A DNA stretch of 64,000 nt from IMG/VR virus record IMGVR_UViG_3300020129_000672, positions 13,211-77,210 of that record. One strand, 5' to 3'. Under the pieces are notes generated by a model. It made no database searches and was not told where the DNA came from. It saw only the letters and a program-made list of their open reading frames with translations. This DNA comes from a virus. Position numbers and translations under genes: made by a program. Of the stretch, positions 52,931-63,603 are shown piece after piece; within the stretch, counting starts at the first letter, position 1; each line of letters begins with the position of its first letter.

Positions 52931-55900
52931 ATGACGACCGCCGCCGATTCGGTTGGATCACCGGTCGGTGATCAGCCAGTTCCATTACCGCCCTTCCCGG
53001 GGACCGATACCGCAACGCCCCTTCCGTCACTCAGCGCCGAGCAGTTGGCGACCGCTCTGTACGGCTATCAGAAGCCGCCACCGCAGGAACGGCCGATCCC
53101 ACTTCCGCCGATCACGCAGCCGACCAAAACAATTGCCGATCAACAGGAGGTCCTCCAACCACCGCGTGACATCGGATTTGCCGATCGCTTAGGGGCGGCC
53201 ATTCGTGAGGCAGCCAGTCCGTTGATCGGCCAGACGCCGGTCCAAGCCGCCCAGGCAGAGACGGCGCAACAGCGGCTGCTCCCTGAATTTCGCGGCGGCC
53301 GATCACTGGCGCAAGTTCAGGCTGAGACGTACAGCCCTCAGGGTGACGTGTTGCCTGATCGCACCAAGGCACCACTCACCAGCTCGTTCTACCGCGGCGG
53401 CCGGCAGTTGGAGGACACCGGTCTGGCGCTCGCCCAATGGCTGGCAACGATGGCCGGCATAGAGACGCCCGCTATAGACGCGCAGAAGGCGTACAACGCG
53501 CAGAAGATCAGTGAGAACCCGCCGCTCATTCACGGACCGGATGAGGTTCGGAACCTCAGTGACGCTCTGACGTACGCGCTGGAACAGGTGGGGCAGAACG
53601 CACCAACCGCCGCCCCAGGAATGGTTGGTGGATTTGGCGCTGGTCAGATCGCGGCACGGACGGCCGGTAAGATCGGAGCTGAAGCGTTGGCCAACCGAGT
53701 GGCGGCCGGCCAGGCGATTGGCGCGACCGGCGGAAGCATCGCACAAGAAGTCGGGAGTATTTTCAGCGACGCGACTCAGGACAACCCGGCTGATCGTAAT
53801 CGCCTGACCGCCCTACTGTCGCTCGCACACGGTATTCCGGCCGGCCTGCTCGATGCGGTGGGGGAGAAACTGGCACTCGGTCGGCTGCCGGGTGGGCACG
53901 AGGTAGCTAGTGGCCCGCTCGAAAACTTCCTGAGCTCGAAAGGCAGCAGGTCGTTCTTTGTCAATGGGGTGGCGCGACTTGGTGACGCCGGGCTCGAGCA
54001 GTTTGTGACGCAGGCGCCGACCGAATATTTCCAGACGTTGATCGAACAGTCGGGCAAAGCGTCGTCCGATCTGTTGGGTCAGGATAAGTTTTGGGCCCAG
54101 TACTTCGATCAACTAACGAGCCCTGAAGCGCAGTCAGAACGCGCACAGGCGGCACTCGGTGGAGCGATCAGTGGTGTTGCTACCGGTGTGGCGTTCCAAC
54201 TGCCGGGTGTGGTGGGGAAGATTGCTGACGGTCGGGCGGCCGAGCGGGCGGTCAGCAACATTCGCCAAGAGCTCGATCGTCAGGCGTCCCAGCCAAAGCC
54301 TGAGACGGCTGGCACGCCCACCCAGTTCCAGACCGCCCCGGCGAGTGCCACCCTTCCTGTCGCTTCGGCTCAATCGGGACTGACGGCCGAACAATCGACG
54401 TTCGGGACCGTAACACCGGTCGATCAGGTGATCTTGCGTAACCGCTTTGACCAAGCAGTGGCGGCTGATCAGGCAAGAGCCGCTCAACCGGTCGCGCCGG
54501 CCGGTCCTCAAATCGAGACCGCCCCACCGACGGCCCTCCCTGATTTCAGCCAAGGTGCACCAGCCATCATGTCGTTGCTCGATCATCCGGTTGAGCAACT
54601 CCAACGAACGGCCGATCAGCAGGAGGCTCAAACTCCAGCTCCCCCCTCAGCCCCTCCCCTCCCGGGCTCGATCGAATACCAGGCGGCGATCAGGCAGGCC
54701 CGCCAGAACGCTCAGACTGCCACGCCGGCGACCGATCAGCCGGCAGTCGTGCCCAACATACCACCCGCCCGGCCGGTCGCTCAGGCGGTCAGCCAGGGGC
54801 CACAGGCGGCCATCCCGGCCGCTCCCTCACCGGCACCCGTCAGGCAGAACCAGGTAAAGCAGCAGGTGGCGAACGATCAGGCGTCGACCGTCAGGGCCGA
54901 ACAATCACCGGCGGTGGCGACCGATACCGAAGCGGCTGTCACGTACTTCCAACAGAATCCACAACACGCCCAGGCGGTGGCCGACTACATGGCGGTCGGT
55001 GATTACCGGGCGGCGGTTGATCGGGCGGTTGAATCCCTGCCAGAGACGGGTGGTGATGGTGATAGCTTTGTTCGTCAGCAACTGCAGGACCGGCTCTTTC
55101 AGTATGTGGTGCGTAAGAAGGATCAGGCGTTTAGCCAGAAGGGCGATCGGCCGACGCTCAAGACCGGCCCCGGCGGATTCCCGCTGAAGCAGGAGATCAG
55201 TCGGGCGGTCAAAGACTTTCTACGGAGTGAGCCGGCGCAGAACATCACGGCGGAGAACAAAGTAAACCTGACGGCCGACGTCACGGAAGGTCGGCGCTCA
55301 GCGGCTGAGACGCTGGCGGCCAAAGAGAGTCGGCCGGTGTTGACCGACGAGCTGAAGATCCGTGACCGCCTCCTCCAAGGCCTGACCGCCGGCAGTGTCG
55401 AACAGCTGGGACACGACGTGGTGGCGCAGAATGTTATTGGCCGAATGACCGGCGGTGGGACGGTCAACCTGACGACCGCCGGTACTGACACAGTGCCATG
55501 GCAGGCGGTGTCAAAGTGGGTGGCGACGAACGAGCGGTCGGTTCAGCAGAAGCTTCACAAGATTATCACCCAGCTACAGGCTGATCATGATGTTTCTTAT
55601 ATCAGTCAGAGCCTGATCGCCGCCTATGCCAATGCGCTGACCGGCACCGGTCGGGGGATGACGATCGATCAGGTGCGGCAGGCGGTGACCTCCACCTTCG
55701 GTCGGCTGCCACCGAATGTCCTGATCGTGAACGACCGGACGCTCGCCAGCCGAACGGGCGAGCCGCTGAAGGGAATGTACGTCGGTGGCCTGACCGACCG
55801 AATTGTTCTCAACGCGGCAAACCTCAACAACCCGCTGGATGCAACGATCGCCCTGCTGCACGAGACGCTCCACCGAGCGTGGGACTTGCCGGCCGTTCAG

Positions 55901-58900
55901 ACGGCGGTTACCAGATTGATGGAGGCAGTGAGCGGTCGAATCCAAGGGTACGACCCAGCGACCGTCCGGGAGGAACTGGCGGTCCGCGGTGCGACCGACC
56001 AATGGCAGTCCGATCAGCAACGTACGTTGTGGAACAAACTGGTCGACACCGTGTGGTCGGCCGTACGGAAGATCTTCGGCGCCGAACCGACACTCGTTGA
56101 GTTACGGCGTCAGCTGGTGGCCCGCGCCATTCGGTCGATCAACGGTGAGACCGTTACTCCTCGTGGAGTCATTCGGTATTACAATGGATTCCAAATTCAG
56201 AAGCAGGAGGATCTGGCCCAGGCGTTGTCGGCGCCCAACCTGTCGACCGAGCAACAGACGGGGATCACCCAAGTGGCGGGGGCGGTCAATCAGACTGTCC
56301 CACCGGCGGTCGCCCAGCAGCTCGACCAGTGGGCGAAGCACAAGCTTCAGCCACTTCCGGCTGGCCTTACTCCCGCCCAACGGCAGGCGATTGTCGCCAG
56401 CAACTCAACCCTCCGGACCGAACGGACGGTCAGTCAGATGCTTCGACCGGTGCTCGACATCTCGCGCCTGCAGGTTCAGCCGGTTGAGATCTCGGGCGTT
56501 CAGATCGGCGCGCGAGACATTGCGGCGAACGTCGTGCTCGAAACGGCCAATCGGATTGAGACGCTCAGACATTCGTTGGAGGCCGAGCTGCCGCAGGTGC
56601 AACAGCAGCTGAAGGACGCAACGGACAAGAAGGGTCAGGTCACACTCCTGACCGCTCAGGCTGACATGGCGAATGGCCTGGCGGCCGACCTGCTGGAGGC
56701 GGCGGAGGAATCGATCGACGCTCAGAGCCGGCTCGGTCCGTCGATCCCGGCCGCCCAACGGCAGGCGGTCGATCAGCTAAAGCTTCAGCTCGGCCTGCTA
56801 CAGAAGCGGGCACCAACGAGCGTCGGTCCGGCTCTTCAATGGGTGGCCGACCATCGGCCGATCGGGGCCGATCCAGTTCAGTGGTTGCTCCAACAACGCA
56901 CCGCCGGCTGGCCGGCCAATCCGGGCGGTACTGCCCCGATGAGCCCCCTGGTGTTCGACTACCTGGCAAGTGGCTGGAAGCCGGCGCTGAACAACCGGAC
57001 GGCCGAGATCGATCGGCTGACCCAACTGGCGGCCGACAAGGAATGGGCCCGCCAAGTGATCTCCGACACCGCTGATTTCTACCGCTCGCTCGGCCACGCG
57101 GTGAAGAGCGCGGTGACCGCCCGGCAGTTCGCCGAGGCGTATGGAAAATGGAAGGCCCAGGCTAAAGGACTGATCGACCAGGTCAGGGAGTACAACGGGG
57201 AAGTCCGTCGGGCGACCGATCGGATGGACGCCATTCAGTTGGCGATCCAGAAGATGGATGAGATTCAGACCAGTCCGGAATACAAAGACCAATGGGCGCA
57301 GGCGACCAACCAACTGGACGCCCGGCAGAAATCCAACTTGGAGGGTGGGGCGATCACCGACTTCTCGCAGGAGAATGGTGACTGGATTGTCAGGTCTCCA
57401 CTGACCGGTGAACAACTCCGGCTGCAGCACGGATGGAATGAGCAGGCGATTCAGAATAATGCCGATCTGGCTGAACGACTGATCAAAGAGATCAACGACT
57501 GGCAGGCGACCGGGCCGAACAACCCACCGCTGGAGAACATGTACGGCCGCCTCCGGGCCGAACTGCAGGCAGTATGGACCGGCTCGATCGTGACGATGAA
57601 CCTGACGGGGATGGTCACGCCCGTGTACTTCACCAAGGAATTCTCAATGTCACTGCCGGCCAACCTTACACTGTTCGCCGCCACCGGTGTGGCAAAGGTT
57701 GCGCGCGGCGCACTTAGGGCGATCAGCAGCGTGACTGGTCAGATGGTGGGGCGGGATCTCATTTACTCAACGGTCGGCGGGGTAGCCGGGCGGATGCTCG
57801 TTCGTTACATGACACGACCGGACCATGTGCGGAACGCCATCAACGCCGCGCGTGATCACAGTCGGTACGGTGCACATGCGATTGACCAGTCACTTTATCA
57901 AGGGGCGGTCAGGCATGGTCTCACTCGGGGGCTGACCAACGGTCAGGCGGCCGCCCGGTACAACGACAACGTGGTGAACTTCGTTCTCCGCAACGGCCAG
58001 TATATCGGCAAGGCGGCCACCCGGGTGGGCGACATCACACCGACGGGTGAGACGATCACTCAGGCGGACATTGATGCGGCGTGGAAGCATAAGCATTATC
58101 ATGACGCGATCCACAATTCAGCCAAGGCCAGTCAGGGTGGAGTCATGGAGTTTGCGCCGTTCCTGACCAACACCGAGAAGTGGTTCAGACGAGCGCTCGA
58201 CTGGGGGATGATGATGCAACGGCGGGTCGGTCACTGGGGTGGGCAGTTCATCACCGAATGGGAGGTGGCACGTAAGGCTGATCGAGAGGCGGTAGGACCG
58301 GGCGCTAGGGCAAATGCCATTCAGCTATTGGAGTCCAATCCCAACCACTTCACGCAGGCGGTGAATGGCATGGCCGAGTCGGTGGGCAACGAGTACCAGC
58401 TGACGGACAAGGTGCAACAGCAGGCGTTGGCCGATCGTTATGCGCTGCCGCCGGCCAGTCGGTTGTTCCACAACATGGAGGACTTCCGGAGTTGGATGGC
58501 CGATCGCCGGGAGGCGATCATCAATGCCAACCTGTTGCCCGGTCAGCCGGCGACCAGCCAGGCGGAGCAACGAGTGGAGGCCGAGCGGATCCTGGTGGAC
58601 GATCTTGATCGAGCCACCCGCCTGTTGGGTGATCAGAATTCAAACGGTGCGGAGTCGGACAGCCGGGTGATGGGCGTCGGTCAGCCATCGGTCTCGAGCT
58701 TGACCGGCAGTTCGTCGTTTACCCGGCCGCGGGGAAATCAGGTGGCACCCAACACGTTCTACGATTACACGCTGGGCCAGGAGGCTGATCGCCTGCGGTA
58801 CAATGCGAGTGCCATGCGGTACTACCAGAAGATGGAGATCGACGCCTTGGGATCGGTCATCAAGTCGATGGAGCTAGAACGGCAGCGGCAGGAGAAACTG

Positions 58901-61099
58901 TGGGAGGACTTCCAGACCGCACGAGCGGCCTCACCGTTGGGCCCGATTGATCGTCTGCTGTCAGGTCGTCGGCAGTTCAAGATCGAGCAATACCGGGCGG
59001 TCAAGGCCGGGCAGTCTCTTACGACCCTTCAGGCGATCACGACCGTCCTGAACGATCTGAGGGCGGTAGACCGGGGCATGCGGTCGGCCATGGCGAGTGC
59101 CGACATTGAGGACAACCAGCTGGTGCGCGTCCTCTCGCAGTTCGAGGTCATCACCAGCCTGATCAAACTCGCGAGCCTGCCCGTGCAGTTCACCAACCAA
59201 CTTGGGGCGAGTCAGATCGGCCCGCTGCTCAGCGACTTCGCGCGCGCCAGAGGGAAGTTCGGGATCTTCAACAGCCTGGCGGTGATGAGCCGGCAGTTTG
59301 GTCAGGTGGCAGCCAGCTACTACCGGACGGCCATTCATCTGGCGCTCGGTCACGAGTGGAGCCCGATGAAGAACTTGCTGACCGCCCATCCTGGGGTGTT
59401 CGTCGGTCTGGCCAGCCATCTGACGAGGCAGATAATGCAACGTCAGGCGGACATCGATTTCCTGGCCAACCAAGCAGGCACCCATCCGCCCCCGACGTTC
59501 AAGGAGGCGGCTGGGCGTCTGTGGTTTCAAGTCACGACGCTGTCGAAGACATCGGGCCGGGTGACCGACCGGCCGACCAATGCGTTTGAGGCGCTGACCA
59601 ACTGGGTGTTGTTCCCCGGTGCGCTGAACAAACTTCTGGCCAGTTACTTTCATTCGAATGTCGACGCCATGGGGCTGCGAACACAGGTTGCCATAACCCA
59701 ATCAACTCTAGCAGGGATCAGAGGGGCGGTCATCAGGGCCTACCAGATGCGGGAAAGTGCGGGCGTCCCGCTCGGTCAGCCACTGACCTACCAAGAGTTG
59801 CAGGAGAATGGTCAGACCGGGATGGCCTATCTGCGTGACATCTTCAGCCCGGCCGGTCGGCTCGAACCGGTGTTCGAAGACTTCTACACGCGGTATAAGG
59901 CGGCGACTGATAAGGATTCGGTGCCACTCCTGCGGCCGGGCGTTGATCGCGATGTGGTGACGCGAATTCTCAGCCACGGCAATATCATCAACGACAGCGG
60001 AAAGGGTGAGGGGGCGAAGGGCAAGGGCATGAAGGGAATGGTCAAGACGGCGGCCAGCCGGTTCAGCAGCTTCCCTATTCACTTCACGGCCATCCTGCCC
60101 CAAGCAGCCTACCGCGACGCGCGGGATCACGGTCAGCTGTCGAAAGAAGCCTATCACTTGGCGACCGCCCTGGGTTTCATGGCCATCATGGTCGCCCTCT
60201 CGGCGGTGAACCTGACGGGTAGTCAGTGGTCGCGCGAGTTGATGACCGGCAAAGTCCCGTCGACTCCGACAGCCGTCAACCTCCTGTCGAGCGGTCAGCC
60301 GCTGGACTTTGCCAAAGTCTTTTACCTGGGTGGTACGAGTCTGATGTTGCCGATCTATAGCGATTACATCTCAAGCGCCATCAGCGGGCAGCAGCAGCGC
60401 AATCCGTTTGACCTGACGTCGATGATCCCTGGCGCCGGTGCACTGGCGTCCGTCGGTAAGATGATTACGCAGGTCGCCCAGTCGGGTGATCTGTATTACC
60501 CGACCGTCGGGTTTCTCAAAAGCCAGAGCCCGCTGTTCGAGGCGGTGTACAACCGAACGGCCGGCGCGGCCGAGCTCGATCAACTGAATGCCGCGCGGGC
60601 CTTTCGGTCGGCCGCCCCGTCTGACATCTCGATCCGTCAGCCGGATGGCGGGACGGTCAGGTTGACCACCCAGAGTCCGGACATAAGGGATGCGCTGCGG
60701 GCGGCTGCAACGGGCGATCAGCAGGCGTTTAACAAGGCGGTTGACTCGGCAGTAGCAAAGGTGGTGGCGGCCGGCGGTAGTCCGCTGACAGCTCGGAAGA
60801 AGATCCTTCAATCAATCCAAGCTAGGTCGCCCGAACGCTCGGTCTTCGGTCGTACACTCTTGCCAGACGAGATGGTCCGAGTAGAGGCCCGCATGACCGG
60901 CAGTCAGCTGGCGGCCGTCCGGGCCGTGCGAGAGATCAGTGCTCGCATTGACAGTTGGACGGGCGCCAAGCACAAGGCACCGACGGGTAAGAGACTGGCC
61001 GGTGGATCAGCCACTGGCTTGACCGCCCGGCTTGGCCCGAGCCTGCCGCGGCTTAGACCGCCCAAGCAGCTTCGCCCGAAACTGGCGGCTGCACGCTAG
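52931..61099 (+). CDS. giant internal virion/ejection protein with zincin-like HExxH
   Basis: 2722 aa; last late gene; KGMY...IVLNAAN...LLHETLH...EELA. Confidence 0.7.
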   Translation: MTTAADSVGSPVGDQPVPLPPFPGTDTATPLPSLSAEQLATALYGYQKPPPQERPIPLPPITQPTKTIADQQEVLQPPRDIGFADRLGAAIREAASPLIGQTPVQAAQAETAQQRLLPEFRGGRSLAQVQAETYSPQGDVLPDRTKAPLTSSFYRGGRQLEDTGLALAQWLATMAGIETPAIDAQKAYNAQKISENPPLIHGPDEVRNLSDALTYALEQVGQNAPTAAPGMVGGFGAGQIAARTAGKIGAEALANRVAAGQAIGATGGSIAQEVGSIFSDATQDNPADRNRLTALLSLAHGIPAGLLDAVGEKLALGRLPGGHEVASGPLENFLSSKGSRSFFVNGVARLGDAGLEQFVTQAPTEYFQTLIEQSGKASSDLLGQDKFWAQYFDQLTSPEAQSERAQAALGGAISGVATGVAFQLPGVVGKIADGRAAERAVSNIRQELDRQASQPKPETAGTPTQFQTAPASATLPVASAQSGLTAEQSTFGTVTPVDQVILRNRFDQAVAADQARAAQPVAPAGPQIETAPPTALPDFSQGAPAIMSLLDHPVEQLQRTADQQEAQTPAPPSAPPLPGSIEYQAAIRQARQNAQTATPATDQPAVVPNIPPARPVAQAVSQGPQAAIPAAPSPAPVRQNQVKQQVANDQASTVRAEQSPAVATDTEAAVTYFQQNPQHAQAVADYMAVGDYRAAVDRAVESLPETGGDGDSFVRQQLQDRLFQYVVRKKDQAFSQKGDRPTLKTGPGGFPLKQEISRAVKDFLRSEPAQNITAENKVNLTADVTEGRRSAAETLAAKESRPVLTDELKIRDRLLQGLTAGSVEQLGHDVVAQNVIGRMTGGGTVNLTTAGTDTVPWQAVSKWVATNERSVQQKLHKIITQLQADHDVSYISQSLIAAYANALTGTGRGMTIDQVRQAVTSTFGRLPPNVLIVNDRTLASRTGEPLKGMYVGGLTDRIVLNAANLNNPLDATIALLHETLHRAWDLPAVQTAVTRLMEAVSGRIQGYDPATVREELAVRGATDQWQSDQQRTLWNKLVDTVWSAVRKIFGAEPTLVELRRQLVARAIRSINGETVTPRGVIRYYNGFQIQKQEDLAQALSAPNLSTEQQTGITQVAGAVNQTVPPAVAQQLDQWAKHKLQPLPAGLTPAQRQAIVASNSTLRTERTVSQMLRPVLDISRLQVQPVEISGVQIGARDIAANVVLETANRIETLRHSLEAELPQVQQQLKDATDKKGQVTLLTAQADMANGLAADLLEAAEESIDAQSRLGPSIPAAQRQAVDQLKLQLGLLQKRAPTSVGPALQWVADHRPIGADPVQWLLQQRTAGWPANPGGTAPMSPLVFDYLASGWKPALNNRTAEIDRLTQLAADKEWARQVISDTADFYRSLGHAVKSAVTARQFAEAYGKWKAQAKGLIDQVREYNGEVRRATDRMDAIQLAIQKMDEIQTSPEYKDQWAQATNQLDARQKSNLEGGAITDFSQENGDWIVRSPLTGEQLRLQHGWNEQAIQNNADLAERLIKEINDWQATGPNNPPLENMYGRLRAELQAVWTGSIVTMNLTGMVTPVYFTKEFSMSLPANLTLFAATGVAKVARGALRAISSVTGQMVGRDLIYSTVGGVAGRMLVRYMTRPDHVRNAINAARDHSRYGAHAIDQSLYQGAVRHGLTRGLTNGQAAARYNDNVVNFVLRNGQYIGKAATRVGDITPTGETITQADIDAAWKHKHYHDAIHNSAKASQGGVMEFAPFLTNTEKWFRRALDWGMMMQRRVGHWGGQFITEWEVARKADREAVGPGARANAIQLLESNPNHFTQAVNGMAESVGNEYQLTDKVQQQALADRYALPPASRLFHNMEDFRSWMADRREAIINANLLPGQPATSQAEQRVEAERILVDDLDRATRLLGDQNSNGAESDSRVMGVGQPSVSSLTGSSSFTRPRGNQVAPNTFYDYTLGQEADRLRYNASAMRYYQKMEIDALGSVIKSMELERQRQEKLWEDFQTARAASPLGPIDRLLSGRRQFKIEQYRAVKAGQSLTTLQAITTVLNDLRAVDRGMRSAMASADIEDNQLVRVLSQFEVITSLIKLASLPVQFTNQLGASQIGPLLSDFARARGKFGIFNSLAVMSRQFGQVAASYYRTAIHLALGHEWSPMKNLLTAHPGVFVGLASHLTRQIMQRQADIDFLANQAGTHPPPTFKEAAGRLWFQVTTLSKTSGRVTDRPTNAFEALTNWVLFPGALNKLLASYFHSNVDAMGLRTQVAITQSTLAGIRGAVIRAYQMRESAGVPLGQPLTYQELQENGQTGMAYLRDIFSPAGRLEPVFEDFYTRYKAATDKDSVPLLRPGVDRDVVTRILSHGNIINDSGKGEGAKGKGMKGMVKTAASRFSSFPIHFTAILPQAAYRDARDHGQLSKEAYHLATALGFMAIMVALSAVNLTGSQWSRELMTGKVPSTPTAVNLLSSGQPLDFAKVFYLGGTSLMLPIYSDYISSAISGQQQRNPFDLTSMIPGAGALASVGKMITQVAQSGDLYYPTVGFLKSQSPLFEAVYNRTAGAAELDQLNAARAFRSAAPSDISIRQPDGGTVRLTTQSPDIRDALRAAATGDQQAFNKAVDSAVAKVVAAGGSPLTARKKILQSIQARSPERSVFGRTLLPDEMVRVEARMTGSQLAAVRAVREISARIDSWTGAKHKAPTGKRLAGGSATGLTARLGPSLPRLRPPKQLRPKLAAAR

Positions 61100-61411
61100 G
61101 TCCGACTGCAGGTGCATCAGCGGTCGCTTCGAACGACCGACACTCCGCCGGAAGTACGCAACCTCCCGCCACCGGTTCTGCCGTGTCACCCCGCACGCCT
61201 GCTGGAACCTCACCATCTGATCGACCGTCAGGGTCGCCCAACTGTCGAGCAGGCTCAACCGGGCGAAGGTCTGTGGATGCATTCCGGCGCGCCCTGCCAA
61301 TTCGGCTAAAGTAAGTGGCTGGTGCCGGTGGTCGCGCTGGCGGGCCAGCATACGACACACCCTGGGACTTATGAGATCCAGCCACTCGAGCAAGCTTGGT
61401 CCGTGCTTCAT
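61007..61411 (-). CDS. XRE-like HTH protein
   Basis: LTLAELAGRAGMHPQTFARL. Confidence 0.6.
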   Translation of the reverse strand: MKHGPSLLEWLDLISPRVCRMLARQRDHRHQPLTLAELAGRAGMHPQTFARLSLLDSWATLTVDQMVRFQQACGVTRQNRWREVAYFRRSVGRSKRPLMHLQSDLACSRQFRAKLLGRSKPRQARAKPGGQASG

Positions 61412-62267
61412 CTACCGCCATAGTTAGATCCTCCACCGTGTTTTTCGAATAATCAATTATCAGATCAAGCCCAGAGTGTCCGACCATCCGGGCGATCAGG
61501 ACCGGACTGGTGCCGGCCCGGATGTGGCGGGTGATGAACGCCCGCCTGAAACAGTGGGTGCTATTACCCTTGCCGATTCCGGCCTGCCGGAAGAACGGGG
61601 CTAGCTGTTGGTTTAGTTGGATGCGCTGAAAATGGCTGTTGATCGAGTACCGTTGGAAGACCGGGCCCGTTCGGTCCTCCCGCTCGACCAGCAGTCGGTG
61701 GAGTTCACCCCCGCGCTCGAACGGCACGATGTATCCGTGCTTCGACTTCTGCCGCTGGGCGCTGATCACCAGCCGGTCGAGATCAATCTGTTCCCACCGG
61801 AGTTGCAGGGCGTCGATGGCGGCCAACCCGCATTCCCACATCAGGGTGATGACAAGCCACCGGTCGGGCTCGAACTTGGATGTCCCGGCTCGGCTGTAAT
61901 GATGACGGACGTGCGCCATCTGATCGAACGACGCGACCTGCATCTCGCTCGTCTGTCTGATCTTCCGTCCAACCTTCAGACCGACGGCCGGTGATTTACC
62001 CGCCAGATGTTGTAGGACGAACCGCAGGCTGATGACCGCCCGGTCGGCCCGCCGTTGATCGTACCGGGTCATCACCTGCGCCACGTATTCCTCGAGTCGC
62101 GCGCGATCTACCCGCTGCCGGCCGTTCCAGGCGATGAAGGCCTCGACGGCCAACCAGTGGTAGATCCGCTGGGTTTCGGGCAGGACGATCTTCGCCGCGG
62201 TTAACCATCGTTGCATCAGCCGATCGAACTCCCGGGAGTCGCCGCTCCAGCTAGTTTTGGTTTTCAT
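61053..62267 (-). CDS. tyrosine recombinase/integrase-family protein (first catalytic Arg replaced)
   Basis: ECGLAAIDALQLRWEQID, QKS, HCFRR, VGHS, DY. Confidence 0.8.
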   Translation of the reverse strand: MKTKTSWSGDSREFDRLMQRWLTAAKIVLPETQRIYHWLAVEAFIAWNGRQRVDRARLEEYVAQVMTRYDQRRADRAVISLRFVLQHLAGKSPAVGLKVGRKIRQTSEMQVASFDQMAHVRHHYSRAGTSKFEPDRWLVITLMWECGLAAIDALQLRWEQIDLDRLVISAQRQKSKHGYIVPFERGGELHRLLVEREDRTGPVFQRYSINSHFQRIQLNQQLAPFFRQAGIGKGNSTHCFRRAFITRHIRAGTSPVLIARMVGHSGLDLIIDYSKNTVEDLTMAVDEARTKLARVAGSHKSQGVSYAGPPARPPAPATYFSRIGRARRNASTDLRPVEPARQLGDPDGRSDGEVPAGVRGDTAEPVAGGCVLPAECRSFEATADAPAVGPSVQPPVSGEAAWAV

Positions 62268-62279
62268 TTGTGATTCGGG

Positions 62280-63053
62280 TTAACCGTCGTAGCAGCCGCA
62301 TGGAATTTCCGGCGCCGGCTCGGTCGATGATTCGATTTCACTAAGCAACGACGACCAAGCAAACTTACGACCCAAACCTTTGATCGATGTGAGGTTTGCG
62401 TTTGATTCCATGGCGAGCGCTCGCTGGAATAATTCAGGATAATCTTTCGCTAGCATCCTGATGTTGGGCTTGGTTGACGACGGGCAATAGAAGCAGGCGG
62501 ATTTTAGAATCGGCAGCCCCTCGATTTCGCAGATTTCAACGCAGTCCTCACGGTAGACCTGCCACTCAATCAATGGGTATCGAAACAGATACCGATTGTC
62601 GGACGATATCTTGGCCCGGCGTTCTTCGCCCGCGTCGTAGCCAATGAACTTAGTGATCTTCTGGCCGGTCTTCCACCAATCGATCGCCGGCTTCCAGTTG
62701 GCAAAGAACCGGTTCTGAGGACGTATCTTAAACTTCTCGGAACAGGATTTGAAACCGTAGGCAATGCTCGGTAGCGATTTTGTTCTGAGACAATTCTGCT
62801 CCAGGTTTTCCCCACCGAACGTCTTACTCTCCTGACGAACAGTAATTATGGCAGGCATCCCATTAGCAACACACCAGTCACTGACCTTCTGCACGCCGGT
62901 AATTGTTTCAGGTCGCTCTCCTCCGGTGTCAGCGAATAAGATTAGGCGAGGGATTATTCCACGCCTCTTCATCAGCACTAACATTGCGGTTGAGTTAACG
63001 CCACCACCGTAGGCTACGACAATGAACGTGTCGGTCTCTGTTTGAGTTTTCAT
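62280..63053 (-). CDS. PAPS reductase-family (PP-loop) protein
   Basis: AYGGGVNS, FADTGGERPET, C..K.K..P, YPL, KSACFYCP, CGCYDG. Confidence 0.85.
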   Translation of the reverse strand: MKTQTETDTFIVVAYGGGVNSTAMLVLMKRRGIIPRLILFADTGGERPETITGVQKVSDWCVANGMPAIITVRQESKTFGGENLEQNCLRTKSLPSIAYGFKSCSEKFKIRPQNRFFANWKPAIDWWKTGQKITKFIGYDAGEERRAKISSDNRYLFRYPLIEWQVYREDCVEICEIEGLPILKSACFYCPSSTKPNIRMLAKDYPELFQRALAMESNANLTSIKGLGRKFAWSSLLSEIESSTEPAPEIPCGCYDG

Positions 63054-63304
63054 CTTGGGATAATTGGAATGGGATTCATCCGTGGACCGATCGACCACGG
63101 GAGGGACAGGATGGTCCGGCCGTCGATCAAGGTCACGACGTTTGAGCGGTGGACAACCACCCACTGGCGGTCCCACGCGACCTTCAGCGTAGGATCTTCG
63201 TAGACCCACCGGCCGCCCCCGGCGTCGCGACCGATCAGGCAGGACAGCCAGATGCCTCTAACCCGATCGGTCGGGTATAGGCCTTTGAATATTTGCTCTT
63301 TCAT
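63050..63304 (-). CDS. hypothetical protein
   Basis: ATGA-coupled on both sides. Confidence 0.55.
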   Translation of the reverse strand: MKEQIFKGLYPTDRVRGIWLSCLIGRDAGGGRWVYEDPTLKVAWDRQWVVVHRSNVVTLIDGRTILSLPWSIGPRMNPIPIIPR

Positions 63305-63603
63305 TGTTTGATTATTGTTACCGTTCCTCGCTGAAGTCCGAACTGCCGGGCCCGCCGGTGATCGGCGATGAAAACATCCCATCGCTTTCCGTCGAAACGC
63401 TGGGCCGTGCGGTCGTCGACGCTGAACGTGTTGGTCAGCAGTCCGGGGATCCTGACCAGGACGATCGTGCCGAGTGGGACTGATCTCGGTCCAGCCAGTG
63501 AAATTCCTTCAACCGGCGGACGACCACTGGCGGTCAGGCCTGTGCGATGCCGGCCACAGCAGCAAGCGGCGGCACAAAATGCACTGAAGATGACGTTGGT
63601 CAT
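63301..63603 (-). CDS. 3D-domain (MltA-like) protein
   Basis: SAFC...CCG...TASG...PLGT...VDDR...DVF...ARQFG. Confidence 0.8.
   Translation of the reverse strand: MTNVIFSAFCAAACCCGRHRTGLTASGRPPVEGISLAGPRSVPLGTIVLVRIPGLLTNTFSVDDRTAQRFDGKRWDVFIADHRRARQFGLQRGTVTIIKQ

Noticed and set aside
52931-61099. Virion RNA polymerase or tape measure protein
   Set aside because: No DxDGD or T7-type polymerase motifs seen; no tail tube genes; the layout is podovirus-like.
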